From Candidatus Pacearchaeota archaeon (GTDB lineage: Archaea > Nanobdellota > Nanobdellia > Pacearchaeales > JAPDKA01): 51,279 nucleotides of DNA. Location of the stretch: the NCBI GenBank assembly GCA_038817835.1, contig JAWAZI010000006.1:1-51279 (forward strand), in the 5' to 3' direction. Below, in pieces: positions 1 to 9,923 of this stretch. The notes under the pieces are model-generated. The model saw only the letters and a program-made list of their open reading frames with translations, ran no database searches and was not told the origin of the DNA. A program made the translations under genes and the position numbers. The stretch's first letter is position 1; each line of letters begins with the position of its first letter.

Positions 1-373
1 TACATTCCTCTCTTGTTTTAATACCATAAGCCCTTCCTGCAATTCCACAGCATCCAAGTGCACAAGTTTGTTGGCTTCCCTCTTTTCCACCAAACTCTTC
101 TATGCATGTTTTATATGGTACATTATGCTGACAATTTCCATCTTTTAAAACACAAGAAATAAGCCTACAATCTGATGGTCTATCTCTATATACACTATCA
201 TCACAATTGTTTCCATAAGTTTGTTGACATGTTTTACCATCTTTAGTTTTTATACACCATCCAAACATCTGTTGAGCATTAACATTTTTAGAAGAAAAAC
301 TTAAAGCAATTGAGAAATTAAACATTATTATTAATAATATAATAAATATAGCTTTAATTTTTTTAGATTTCAT
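1..373 (-). CDS. Secreted Cys-rich protein, runs off the window start (not in ORF track)
   Basis: ATG at 373 reads MKSKKIKAIFIILLIIMFNFSIALSFSSKNVNAQQMFGWCIKTKDGKTCQQ...CALGCCGIAG, open to position 1; signal peptide plus many Cys. Confidence 0.8.
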   Translation of the reverse strand, partial: MKSKKIKAIFIILLIIMFNFSIALSFSSKNVNAQQMFGWCIKTKDGKTCQQTYGNNCDDSVYRDRPSDCRLISCVLKDGNCQHNVPYKTCIEEFGGKEGSQQTCALGCCGIAGRAYGIKTREEC

Positions 374-411
374 TAAAAATTAAATAAATATATTATTTAA
401 AAAAATTTTGA

Positions 412-1236
412 TTAAAATTTTAGTGAATATGCAACAACAAAATAAAAAGGGAATACTTCTTCTTTTGGCCTAAAAGGAATTGATTGAAGCATAAATATTC
501 TTTGTTGATATGTTGGATAATTTTGTACTCTAATAGAAACATATTTTAATAAATCAGGATGTGATTGAACATATTTATCTGCATAATTAAACCATTGATT
601 TCCATTAACTTCCATATTAACAATATCATTAGCAACTTCCCAAACTGCTTGAACATTTAAAGGCAATATTGCTTCTTTTTGCTCAATTTTTTGCTCAACT
701 TTTCCAGCAAGAGTTGTTTTAGATAATAATAATGGCCAAGATATATTAATAAAAACATCATACGCTAGAGGCATAGCAACTATTTTTGGTGATGATAACT
801 CATTTATATCAAAAAACTTTTTATAATTATCAAGTTTAACACAATCTCTAAATTTTTTCCATCCTTCAGCATCCATACATTCTTGTAAGCTTTTATTAAA
901 AATTCTATCTAATGAAGGAAGATGATTAACAAAATTTTCATTAACTTTATAAACAATAATATATTTTTTTCCTGCAAAATCAACAAAACTTAAATCATTA
1001 ACATTATAATAACCTCCTCTCTTTCCTATTTCTTCTAAACAATATTTAACAGTTTCTGATGCACAATAATTAATTGTATTACGCAAATTTTCACTTTGCT
1101 CAAATATTATTTTTTGTGCTTTTTCTCTACTAAAACCAATTCTAAATATATCAGGAAAAAGTAAATAAGCAACAATACCAGCAACAACAATAATCAAAGC
1201 TACTATAACCCATATAGCTATTTGAGCTTTTTGCAT
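412..1236 (-). CDS. Class III (pilin-like) signal peptide protein
   Basis: N-terminus MQKAQ-IAIWVIVALIIVVAGI: basic residue, A/Q cleavage site, hydrophobic helix; C...GGYY motif shared with 13473..14204. Confidence 0.7.
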   Translation of the reverse strand: MQKAQIAIWVIVALIIVVAGIVAYLLFPDIFRIGFSREKAQKIIFEQSENLRNTINYCASETVKYCLEEIGKRGGYYNVNDLSFVDFAGKKYIIVYKVNENFVNHLPSLDRIFNKSLQECMDAEGWKKFRDCVKLDNYKKFFDINELSSPKIVAMPLAYDVFINISWPLLLSKTTLAGKVEQKIEQKEAILPLNVQAVWEVANDIVNMEVNGNQWFNYADKYVQSHPDLLKYVSIRVQNYPTYQQRIFMLQSIPFRPKEEVFPFYFVVAYSLKF

Positions 1237-1266
1237 AAAAAATTAAAAAAAAATTATATATAAATT

Positions 1267-1998
1267 TTATTCCTCCTCTTCTATTCCTCTAGGAGCAAGT
1301 ATAAAGCTTAATTTTATATCACTATCTTCATTAAAGAAATCTAACTGACAAGGATGGTCTGTTTTAAAGTTTATCTTAACCTTATCAAAAATCTTACTTG
1401 CTTTAATAAATTTCTCAAGATATTCTATGCTATACTTAGCTTTATCTTTTCCCTTTATCTTTGCTTCATCACTACCAAATTCTATTTCACTTTTATTTAA
1501 TGTGCCAGTAGCATTTATTTTAAAAACTTCATCATCTGTTATAAAGCTGCAAGCATCTGCAATAATTGAACAATCTTCTATTGCATCTTTAAATAATTCA
1601 CTGCTCATTTCTACAAAACTAGAAAAAGTTAGGTTAAGGCTTGGTCTCTCTTCTTCTTCTATATTTATCAAAGCTAGATTAAATCTTCTTCTTATACCAT
1701 CTTTGCTATATATTTTAAAAACATTATCTTCTCTTTCCATAACAATATTTTCTGCTTTTTCTAATCTTTTCAAAACTTGTTTTAAATCATCAAGATTTAT
1801 TGCTATCATTTCTTTCTCAACTTTATAATCTAAAAATGATGATTTTGGCATTTCTAATATTACCATAGCAACAGAAGCAGGATCTAATGCCATTATTTTC
1901 AATCCATTCTTATCAAATTGCAAATTTACTTCACTAACTAATTGACTTATTATGCTAATAATTTCGCTAAAAAATTTTGGTTTTAGTTCTACTCTCAT
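1267..1998 (-). CDS. pcn: DNA polymerase sliding clamp PCNA
   Basis: 243 aa; ALDPASVAMV, YSIEYL and C-terminal FILAPR motifs typical of PCNA. Confidence 0.95.
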   Translation of the reverse strand: MRVELKPKFFSEIISIISQLVSEVNLQFDKNGLKIMALDPASVAMVILEMPKSSFLDYKVEKEMIAINLDDLKQVLKRLEKAENIVMEREDNVFKIYSKDGIRRRFNLALINIEEEERPSLNLTFSSFVEMSSELFKDAIEDCSIIADACSFITDDEVFKINATGTLNKSEIEFGSDEAKIKGKDKAKYSIEYLEKFIKASKIFDKVKINFKTDHPCQLDFFNEDSDIKLSFILAPRGIEEEE

Positions 1999-2052
1999 AA
2001 TAATATTTATGAATAATAAAGTTTTTAAACTTTACTTAATTAAAAAAAATTT

Positions 2053-2637
2053 ATGAAAAAAATATTCATAGCTATACTAATTTTAGCAATTTTATTGATT
2101 TTTACTGGATGTGCAAAGCAAACTCAAAAAACAGAAACTGAAACAAAAACTACTAGTGACACAGGAGGAAAAAGTAATGATAAAAGTATCGATTTAACAA
2201 ATATAAACACATTAAGAGATTTATTACTTTTAGGAAAAGGTATGATTTGTGACGTTAATACTGAATATTTTGGTAGAAGTTTAACATTGAAATATTACAT
2301 AGCTCCAAACAAATATAGGGTTGAAGGAACAACAAATGATGGAAACTTTATAGTTATAAGACCAAATGATGGATATGTATATATGAAACCAATAATGCAA
2401 GGGCCTACACCATTTAACTGTGAATGGTTCAAAATTAAGGAAGAAAACCAAGTAGAAATTAACAAAGATGCCATTGAAACAAAAACAGGATCTGTAAATA
2501 CACCAATAGAAAAAATAAAATGGAAATGTTATGAAACTGGAATAGACAATAGCAAATTTTTACCACCATCAAATGCATGTGATTTTGAAGAAATATTCAG
2601 CAAAATTGGTCAAAACTGGACACCAAATTTTGGATAA
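2053..2637 (+). CDS. Putative lipoprotein
   Basis: MKK + hydrophobic stretch + lipobox-like FTGC, Thr/Lys linker, small beta-rich domain. Confidence 0.65.
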   Translation: MKKIFIAILILAILLIFTGCAKQTQKTETETKTTSDTGGKSNDKSIDLTNINTLRDLLLLGKGMICDVNTEYFGRSLTLKYYIAPNKYRVEGTTNDGNFIVIRPNDGYVYMKPIMQGPTPFNCEWFKIKEENQVEINKDAIETKTGSVNTPIEKIKWKCYETGIDNSKFLPPSNACDFEEIFSKIGQNWTPNFG

Positions 2638-2745
2638 TTATAAATATACTTAATTTTTTTTAATTTTATTTATTTAATTTTTTTAATTACTGCTTATATT
2701 TTTCTTAATTTCTTAATTTTTTAAATCTAAAAAATAATATTTAAT

Positions 2746-4065
2746 ATGGAAAAAGAAGAAATAATTAAAATTGCAAAAAAATATTATTCAAGAAATGATA
2801 TTGCAAAAGCAATTTCAAGTTATGCAAAAAATAGAGAAATAGTTATTAAATATTATGATAAATTTGGAAAAAGACCAGACATTATAGAATACGCAAATGA
2901 TGTAAAAGTTATAGCTGAAAAAAATGGTACAAGTTTTCATTGTTCTGTTGAATTATGGAAAGAACCATTAGCTTTAGCAAAAGAACTTAATGAAAAAGAA
3001 ATTAACGAAAATAGAATCGGTTGGGATTTATTAATTGATATTGATTGCCCTTTTCTCGATTATAGTAAAGAAGCTGCAAAATTAATTATAGAAGCTTTAG
3101 AACTTCATGGAATAAAAAATTATGGAATAAAATTTAGTGGCAATAAAGGTTTTCATATTGTGATAAGCCATAAAGCTTTTCCTGAAAAAATAAAATTTAG
3201 AAATGAAGAAATATTAATAAAAGATTTTTTTCCTCAAGGCACAAGAATAATAGCAAACTTCATTGCAGATTTTATAGAAAAAGATCTAAGAAATGCTATA
3301 TTAAGCTTAAATACTTTAGATGAAATAGCAAAAGCAACAAATAAAGAAAAAAAATCATTATTAATAAACAATAAATTTAATCCATACTCCATAATAACAC
3401 TTGACTCAATGATAATGTCAAGTAGACATCTTTATAGAATGCCTTATTCACTTCATGAAAAAACAGGATTAGTAAGTATAGTAATAAATAAAGCTCAATT
3501 AAATTCTTTAAATTTATCTATGGCAAAACCATCATCAGTAATCATAAAACCTTTCATAAAAAATCCTAATCCTGATGAAGCAAAAGAATTACTAATAAAT
3601 GCTTTAGATTGGCAAGATAATAATAAAATATTTATTGCAGAATTTGGAGAAGGAAAAATAGAATATAAAAAAGAATATGAAAAAATAAAGAAAATTAAAA
3701 TAACAAATTTAGAAGAAGTTTATTGTGGATGTATTAAAAAAATTCTTGAAGGAATTAAGCAAGATGGTAGAAAAAGAGCATTATTTGTACTTATTACTTA
3801 TTTAAGATCAATTGGAGTAGATTTGGATAAAATAGAAAAAATAATTTATGATTGGAACAAAAAAAATTATAAGGAATTAAAAGAAGGTTATATAAAAAGC
3901 CAATTGAATTGGTTTAAAAAGCAAACAAAAATAATATTGCCACCTAATCACGATTCAAATATTTATTATGCTGATATAGGCATATTAACTGAGGAATGTA
4001 AAAAATTTAAAAATCCATTATCTTATACAGCAGAAATTTTGAAGAAAAAAAGAAAATCAAAATGA
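2746..4065 (+). CDS. priS: DNA primase, fused PriS catalytic domain and PriL C-terminal domain
   Basis: AEP motifs GWDLLIDID, FSGNKGFH, RMPYSLHEKTG; C-terminal CIKKIL..DGRKR..KNPLSY resembles the PriL CTD; this fusion is characteristic of DPANN. Confidence 0.9.
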   Translation: MEKEEIIKIAKKYYSRNDIAKAISSYAKNREIVIKYYDKFGKRPDIIEYANDVKVIAEKNGTSFHCSVELWKEPLALAKELNEKEINENRIGWDLLIDIDCPFLDYSKEAAKLIIEALELHGIKNYGIKFSGNKGFHIVISHKAFPEKIKFRNEEILIKDFFPQGTRIIANFIADFIEKDLRNAILSLNTLDEIAKATNKEKKSLLINNKFNPYSIITLDSMIMSSRHLYRMPYSLHEKTGLVSIVINKAQLNSLNLSMAKPSSVIIKPFIKNPNPDEAKELLINALDWQDNNKIFIAEFGEGKIEYKKEYEKIKKIKITNLEEVYCGCIKKILEGIKQDGRKRALFVLITYLRSIGVDLDKIEKIIYDWNKKNYKELKEGYIKSQLNWFKKQTKIILPPNHDSNIYYADIGILTEECKKFKNPLSYTAEILKKKRKSK

Positions 4066-4868
4066 AATTAATTAATATAAGTGATATTGCAAATTTTACT
4101 TTATGTCCTAGAAAAGTTTACTATAAATTAGTTTTAGGAAAAAAAGAAGAAATGAATGAAAAAATAGTATTTGGAAAAATAAAACATAAATTTCTTGAAG
4201 AAATAAATAAAGTTGAAGAAGAGATAATTAGCAATATCAAAAAAAATGAAAGTTATGAAAATATTAAAAAAAGATTTGAAGAAAAATATGAAGAAATAAT
4301 AAAAGAAATAAATGAAAAAAATCAATCTATTATAGAAAAATTTAATTTAAAAGAAAAAATAAACAATGAATTAGCAAAAATAAAAGAAGAAGAAATAAAA
4401 ATAAGAACAGCAAACATAAAAAAATTTGTAAAATTGGGTTTCTATGGAAATGAGTTATGGCAAGCTTTAATACCTAAATTTTTAACTGAAGTTGAGATAA
4501 GAAGTTTTGTTTTAGGGATAAAAGGGAGAATTGATAAAATAGAAATAAATTCTAAAGAAATTATCCCATATGAAATAAAATCTAGAGAATATAATAACAA
4601 AGTTTGGTTATCTGAAAAATTGCAGCTTAGTGGATATTCATTACTTATAGAAAGAAAATTTAATACAAATGTGGATTTTGGATTTTTAGAATTTAAAGAT
4701 AAATTGGTTAAAGTTGAGATAAAAAATTGGTTAAGAGAAAAGTTAATTCAGTTAAAAGATGAAATATATGAAATTTTAAAAACAAAAAGCATTCCAGAAC
4801 CTACAAAAAATAAAAATATCTGCATGAATTGCAATTTTAATAGTATTTGCTTTAAAGATAAAATTTAA
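4062..4868 (+). CDS. cas4: Solo Cas4-like PD-(D/E)xK nuclease with Fe-S cysteines
   Basis: N-terminal LCPRK, GRIDKI..PYEIKS, QLSGY, C-terminal CMNCNFNSIC; ATGA overlap with the primase stop; no CRISPR array in the window. Confidence 0.8.
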   Translation: MKLINISDIANFTLCPRKVYYKLVLGKKEEMNEKIVFGKIKHKFLEEINKVEEEIISNIKKNESYENIKKRFEEKYEEIIKEINEKNQSIIEKFNLKEKINNELAKIKEEEIKIRTANIKKFVKLGFYGNELWQALIPKFLTEVEIRSFVLGIKGRIDKIEINSKEIIPYEIKSREYNNKVWLSEKLQLSGYSLLIERKFNTNVDFGFLEFKDKLVKVEIKNWLREKLIQLKDEIYEILKTKSIPEPTKNKNICMNCNFNSICFKDKI

Positions 4869-4909
4869 TAAAATAGAAAATATTTTAAATATTAAAAATT
4901 TCTATTTTT

Positions 4910-7153
4910 ATGAGAAAAATTTTATCATTTTTAATTTTATTTTTTATCCTAGTTTTAAGTATTTCTTTTGCTTCTGCTATTATAAATGAAACAAAACAAG
5001 TTGATAATGCTTATAATTGGCTTGAAAATAATATAACAAAATCTGGTTGGCCAGAAACTGTTTTAGATCATGAAGCAGCTTTATTAGCATTAAGCTATCA
5101 TGATGGATTAAGAAATAATGGAATAGCAAGTTTAAAACGAAAAGGTTATCCAACAGGAAATCCTTATTGTTGGGGTGAAAAGAAGGTAAATAATGAAAAT
5201 GAATGTAAAATTAAAGAAACTGCAATAGCAAGCTTAATTTATGAAAAATTTAAATTAGATTATAGTAAAATAAATGAATGGTTACTAAATAGCTCAGATT
5301 TGTTTAGAGATATTTATTGGTTCATAGAAATAGATGTTGAAAGAAATTATAATGCAAGCTGTAGTGCAGAATATGATGGAAAAATAATAAATTTTACAAT
5401 CAATAGAAATAAAACAATATCTATATTGCCTCCATCATCAAAGGAATGTTTAAATGTTTATAATAATTATTGGATATCAATAGATAAAACTTGTTATGAT
5501 AAAAGTTTTAAAATAGTTTGTAATGTAGAAGAGAATAAGCCATATAAAATTAGTTTTCTTTATAAAGAGGATATTAAAAGTAATAAATGGTATAGCTCTA
5601 ATTTTATTTATAGTTTAAATAGTGGGGAATATTTCGATATAACAATTAAAGATATATCTATATGCCTTAAAGATAAAACATCAAAAAGCTGTGATTATGA
5701 AGGAACTGTTATTGCAGCATATGTATTAAAAATAGAGGGATATGAAGAATATTCAACTTTAATGCCATATCTTATATTAAATAAAGATAAATTCTCAAAT
5801 GTAAATAGTTATGCATTTCTTTATTTAATTACTGGAAATGAAGAATTTGGAAATATTATATTAAGAAACCAAACATCTCAAGGATTCTGGAAAATTAGTG
5901 GTTTTGGACAATTTTATGATACTGCAATAAATTCATATGCATTAAAAGAAAATTATAATATTAACTTCAATGAAACTAAAACAAAAAATTATTTATTAAC
6001 ACAACAAAATCCAGCCGGATATTGGAAATGTGGAGAAATTGGTTGTAAAATAATAAGAGATACATCTTTAATACTTTATGTTTTTTGGCCAAGAGCAATT
6101 AGTGGTGGTGGGGGAGGTGGCGGCACTATTCCAACTAACCAATGTGAAGAAAAGAGAGGTAGTTGTAAATTAATTTGTGATATAAATGAGATTGAATATA
6201 CAATCTTAAACTATGTATGTGGAAATAATAAATGTTGTATTAATCCAATTTATCTAAATTGTGCTGACTTCGGAGGTGAAATTTGTGAAATTGATGAAGA
6301 TTGTGTTAATGGAGAATTTGTAACTTCATCAGATTCTGAAAGATGCTGCTATGGTGGAGATTGTTTAAAAGCAGAAAAAAGTTGTGAAGATCAGTCAGGA
6401 TATATTTGTGATAATGAAAATAAATTTTGTTTTGGAGAAGAATTACCAGCAAATGATACAAAAGGAAATGAAGTTTGTTGTGATGAACCTTGTAAATCAT
6501 GTACAGATGGAGGAGGAAAAATATGTGGAAGTGATGAAATTTGTAAAGGTGATTTAAAGGGTGAAGTTTGTTGTATTGGGGAATGTGTAAAAAAAGAATG
6601 TGAAGGAGAAATATGTGATAAACCTGGTTGGAAGTGTGAAGGAAATTTAATTAATACTATTGAAGGTGAATGTTGTTTAGGAGATTGTATAAAAAGTTGT
6701 GAAGAAGAAGGTGGTGAAATTTGTAAACAAGGATATGTATGTAAAGGAGAAAAAATTAATGCTAGTGATATAAAAAAGGGTGAAGTTTGTTGTATTGGGG
6801 AATGTAAAAAGAAAGGTGGAGGGGCTTGGTGGTTAATAATATTAATAATTTTAATTATTATTATTGCTGCAATAATATATTTTGGATATAGAAAAGGTAT
6901 ATTCAAAATTAAACCTAAAGAAAAACCTGAAAAACCCGAAATATTTAAAGTTGAAACTCCAAAAATTAAACCTACCCCTATTCCAGCAATGCCAAGGCCA
7001 TTACCAAAACCTATAACAATAAAACCAATGCCTCCTACAAAAATAGAATTACCAAAAGAGAAAATAGAAACAAAAAAAGAAGAAAAGAAAAAATCTAAAA
7101 CAGAGGAAGAATTAGAAAAAACACTCAAAAAGATAAGAGAATTAACAAAATAA
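4910..7153 (+). CDS. Membrane-anchored surface protein: alpha/alpha-toroid-like domain, Cys-rich repeats, TM helix, Pro/Lys-rich tail
   Basis: Signal peptide; QW-like motifs NQTSQGFW and QQNPAGYW; about 6 Cys repeats; WWLIILIILIIIIAAIIYF TM helix. Confidence 0.7.
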   Translation: MRKILSFLILFFILVLSISFASAIINETKQVDNAYNWLENNITKSGWPETVLDHEAALLALSYHDGLRNNGIASLKRKGYPTGNPYCWGEKKVNNENECKIKETAIASLIYEKFKLDYSKINEWLLNSSDLFRDIYWFIEIDVERNYNASCSAEYDGKIINFTINRNKTISILPPSSKECLNVYNNYWISIDKTCYDKSFKIVCNVEENKPYKISFLYKEDIKSNKWYSSNFIYSLNSGEYFDITIKDISICLKDKTSKSCDYEGTVIAAYVLKIEGYEEYSTLMPYLILNKDKFSNVNSYAFLYLITGNEEFGNIILRNQTSQGFWKISGFGQFYDTAINSYALKENYNINFNETKTKNYLLTQQNPAGYWKCGEIGCKIIRDTSLILYVFWPRAISGGGGGGGTIPTNQCEEKRGSCKLICDINEIEYTILNYVCGNNKCCINPIYLNCADFGGEICEIDEDCVNGEFVTSSDSERCCYGGDCLKAEKSCEDQSGYICDNENKFCFGEELPANDTKGNEVCCDEPCKSCTDGGGKICGSDEICKGDLKGEVCCIGECVKKECEGEICDKPGWKCEGNLINTIEGECCLGDCIKSCEEEGGEICKQGYVCKGEKINASDIKKGEVCCIGECKKKGGGAWWLIILIILIIIIAAIIYFGYRKGIFKIKPKEKPEKPEIFKVETPKIKPTPIPAMPRPLPKPITIKPMPPTKIELPKEKIETKKEEKKKSKTEEELEKTLKKIRELTK
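6556..6805 (+). repeat. 31-bp exact intragenic duplication (6556..6586 and 6775..6805)
   Basis: AAAGGGTGAAGTTTGTTGTATTGGGGAATGT occurs twice and encodes KGEVCCIGEC. Confidence 0.9.
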
Positions 7154-7160
7154 ATTAAAA

Positions 7161-9449
7161 ATGAAAAATTTAGGTATAGTTTTTATTTTTTTATCAATAA
7201 TTTTTTTTATTTCTAGTTTTTTTATATTAAATCCTTCATTTACAGGATATAGTATAGATAGTAGCAATATAGAAATAAATTTCAATAAAAAAGAATTCTT
7301 AAAATATGAAACAATACAAATAGAAATAATAGGAGATATAAAACAAATAATTTCATCGCAAGATATTGTAATAAAAAGAGATAATTTAATTATGCCTGTA
7401 AACTTCTATGTAGAAAAAATTAATAATAATTTTTATTTTGCATATGCAACATTAAATCTTGATAAAGGAGATTATTCTATTGAAATAAAGATAAAAACAG
7501 CTAAAGGGGTTGAAGTTTATAAAGAAAAAATAAAGATTAAAGAAAGTAATAATATTTATTATATTTCATTGCTAAATTTTGTAAAAGGAAGATTAAAATA
7601 TTTAAGCAATAAAGAAATAATTTATGTTTTCCAAGCATTAAGTGAAATTGATGAAAATTTAAAAGAAGAAGCAATAAATGAAATTGAAAAAAGAAATTTA
7701 AATGATTATGAAAAAGCATTATTTTTAGCAGTAATAAAAAGTGATGAAGCAAAATTAAATATCTTAAAATCAAAAATAATAAATTATTTTTTATCAATTC
7801 AAGATAATAATTTAGGAGATTATAAAGTTAATATAAAAACTAATATTAATTTAAGCTGTAAAATTTACGGTATTGATTATGCTATTAGTAATGAAAATAA
7901 TATCTCTATAGAAAATAAATTTAATTCAAGTTTAAATTTATCATTTTATTGTTTTAAAATTTTAGATGGAAATATAACTAATATAAGTGAAAATGATCTA
8001 AATCTAGTTAATGCTTCATTAGTAAAAGAATATCTCGGAAATAAAAAAATATATAATTTAAATAAGAAAATAGAAAATAACAGTATTTTATTTAATATAG
8101 AAAAAGAATTTGGTAGCATAAACAATGATACAAAACTAACATCATTAGTTTTAATTGGATTTTATGAAAATAATATAAGTAATTTTATATATAGTTTTGA
8201 ATGGTTAAAGAAAAATAAAAAAGGGATTATGGAAAATATTGCTTTAGCTATACTAAATGAAAGTGATGCAATAAATTATTTAATAGCTATACAAAATATA
8301 GATGGAAGTTTCAATAAAGAAGAAAATTTCAGTAAAGCTGAAATTACTTGTTTTGCTTATAAATCAGAAATACCAACAAAAGCAATTATTTATGATTGGG
8401 TTAAAAAAAATATAAATGAAATGAACATAAATGACAAATCGATATGTCTAAACTTTGTTTTAAAATTTGATGATATTATTAGCATACTTCCTGGAATAAT
8501 AAAAACTGAAAGTGGAAAAGATTTTGATATTTATTTAAAAAATTATGGAATAAAAGAAATAAATGTAACATTAACAAATATTTTGCTTGATTTAAATTAT
8601 ACAACAACTTTAGAAAAAGATAAATTAAAAAAAATAACAATAACAACACCAAGTATAAATTATGATAAACCATATTTATATGACAAAATATCTTTAGTAT
8701 ATGGAGAAAAATCTTTTATTGTGCCAATAGTAATATTTATTAAACAATCTCAAGTTAAAGAAACAAAAATAAATGAAAGTGAAAGTAAAGAAATAATTAT
8801 AAATCAAACTCAAAATGAAACAAATGAAACTTTCTCATTTTTAAATATATTTTATATAGAGCCAGATAAAATTTCATTAACTATTAACAAATCAACAAAA
8901 TTAAAATTAAAAATAAAGAACATAGTAAATGAAACAATTAATGATATTATAATAAGTTATTCTGCATCTCTCTATGATATAATTGATAGTATAGAACCAA
9001 GTATGATAAATAGTCTACAGCCAAATAAAGAAAAAGAGATAGAAATAAATTTTGATATAAATAAAGCAATATTTCAAACTTATAGTGGAAAAATAAATAT
9101 TGAAGGAAAAATAAAAGAACAAAAATATTATGCAGAAGTTAATGTAGAAATAAACATATCAAAAGTTGATAGTTTAAAAAATTGTAACGAACTTAATGGA
9201 AACTTATGTAAAACTAATGAAAAATGTGAAGGAAGAATAGTATCAAGTCTTCAGGGTCAATGTTGTTTAGGAAAATGTGTTAGTCAAAAGGGATATGGAA
9301 AAGTATTAGGAATTTTATTTTTGATATTTGGTATATTATTTTTAATATTAGGAATTTTATTCTTTTTGAGAAAAAAACCAAAAAAAGAAAAAAAGATTGA
9401 GGAAGCAATAAAAAGAATACAAGAAAAAGAAAAATTAAAATTTAAATAA
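7161..9449 (+). CDS. Membrane-anchored surface protein with QW-like motif, Ig-like beta domains and one Cys repeat
   Basis: Signal/anchor with FTGYSI; IQNIDGSF; CNELNGNLC...C...CCLGKC; C-terminal TM helix and basic tail. Confidence 0.65.
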   Translation: MKNLGIVFIFLSIIFFISSFFILNPSFTGYSIDSSNIEINFNKKEFLKYETIQIEIIGDIKQIISSQDIVIKRDNLIMPVNFYVEKINNNFYFAYATLNLDKGDYSIEIKIKTAKGVEVYKEKIKIKESNNIYYISLLNFVKGRLKYLSNKEIIYVFQALSEIDENLKEEAINEIEKRNLNDYEKALFLAVIKSDEAKLNILKSKIINYFLSIQDNNLGDYKVNIKTNINLSCKIYGIDYAISNENNISIENKFNSSLNLSFYCFKILDGNITNISENDLNLVNASLVKEYLGNKKIYNLNKKIENNSILFNIEKEFGSINNDTKLTSLVLIGFYENNISNFIYSFEWLKKNKKGIMENIALAILNESDAINYLIAIQNIDGSFNKEENFSKAEITCFAYKSEIPTKAIIYDWVKKNINEMNINDKSICLNFVLKFDDIISILPGIIKTESGKDFDIYLKNYGIKEINVTLTNILLDLNYTTTLEKDKLKKITITTPSINYDKPYLYDKISLVYGEKSFIVPIVIFIKQSQVKETKINESESKEIIINQTQNETNETFSFLNIFYIEPDKISLTINKSTKLKLKIKNIVNETINDIIISYSASLYDIIDSIEPSMINSLQPNKEKEIEINFDINKAIFQTYSGKINIEGKIKEQKYYAEVNVEINISKVDSLKNCNELNGNLCKTNEKCEGRIVSSLQGQCCLGKCVSQKGYGKVLGILFLIFGILFLILGILFFLRKKPKKEKKIEEAIKRIQEKEKLKFK

Positions 9450-9463
9450 ATGCTATTAATTTT

Positions 9464-9910
9464 TTAATTACTTTTTTTTATTTTTTCTTCTAGTTCATTA
9501 ATTTTTTTGATTAAAATTTCTCTCTCTAATTTTAATTTTTTAAAAACATCATCATATCTATGCAAAGTTGCTAAATAATCATTAACAAAAGCATTTATTT
9601 TTGAAAGATTAAACTTTATTTCTTTTGGTTCAATTATTTCTATACTTGAAGGCATTGTATCTATCATAAATCCTAGTAATACTTCAATATCTTTAAAATA
9701 AAACTCTGTTTCTGCAACAATACTATAAAGGTCTTTAACTTTTTCTATTTCTCTAACAGGAAAAATTTCTTTTTTTATCAATTCTACATCTTTTTTATCT
9801 TTAATTCTATCTAAAAAAACATTCATAACTTTTTCAATGTAATCAGCAGGTCTACCAATTATCTCATAAACAATAATTGCTCTTATTGCTCTTTCTTTTA
9901 TTTTTCCCAT
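9464..9910 (-). CDS. Hypothetical protein
   Basis: 148-aa ORF with host-like composition, co-oriented in the operon. Confidence 0.7.
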   Translation of the reverse strand: MGKIKERAIRAIIVYEIIGRPADYIEKVMNVFLDRIKDKKDVELIKKEIFPVREIEKVKDLYSIVAETEFYFKDIEVLLGFMIDTMPSSIEIIEPKEIKFNLSKINAFVNDYLATLHRYDDVFKKLKLEREILIKKINELEEKIKKSN

Positions 9911-9923
9911 ATGAATAAAATTA

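Noticed and set aside
4062-4868. CRISPR-Cas locus suggested by cas4
   Set aside because: No repeat-spacer array or other cas genes were seen. The 132-bp and 11-bp repeats are contiguous and lack unique spacers.
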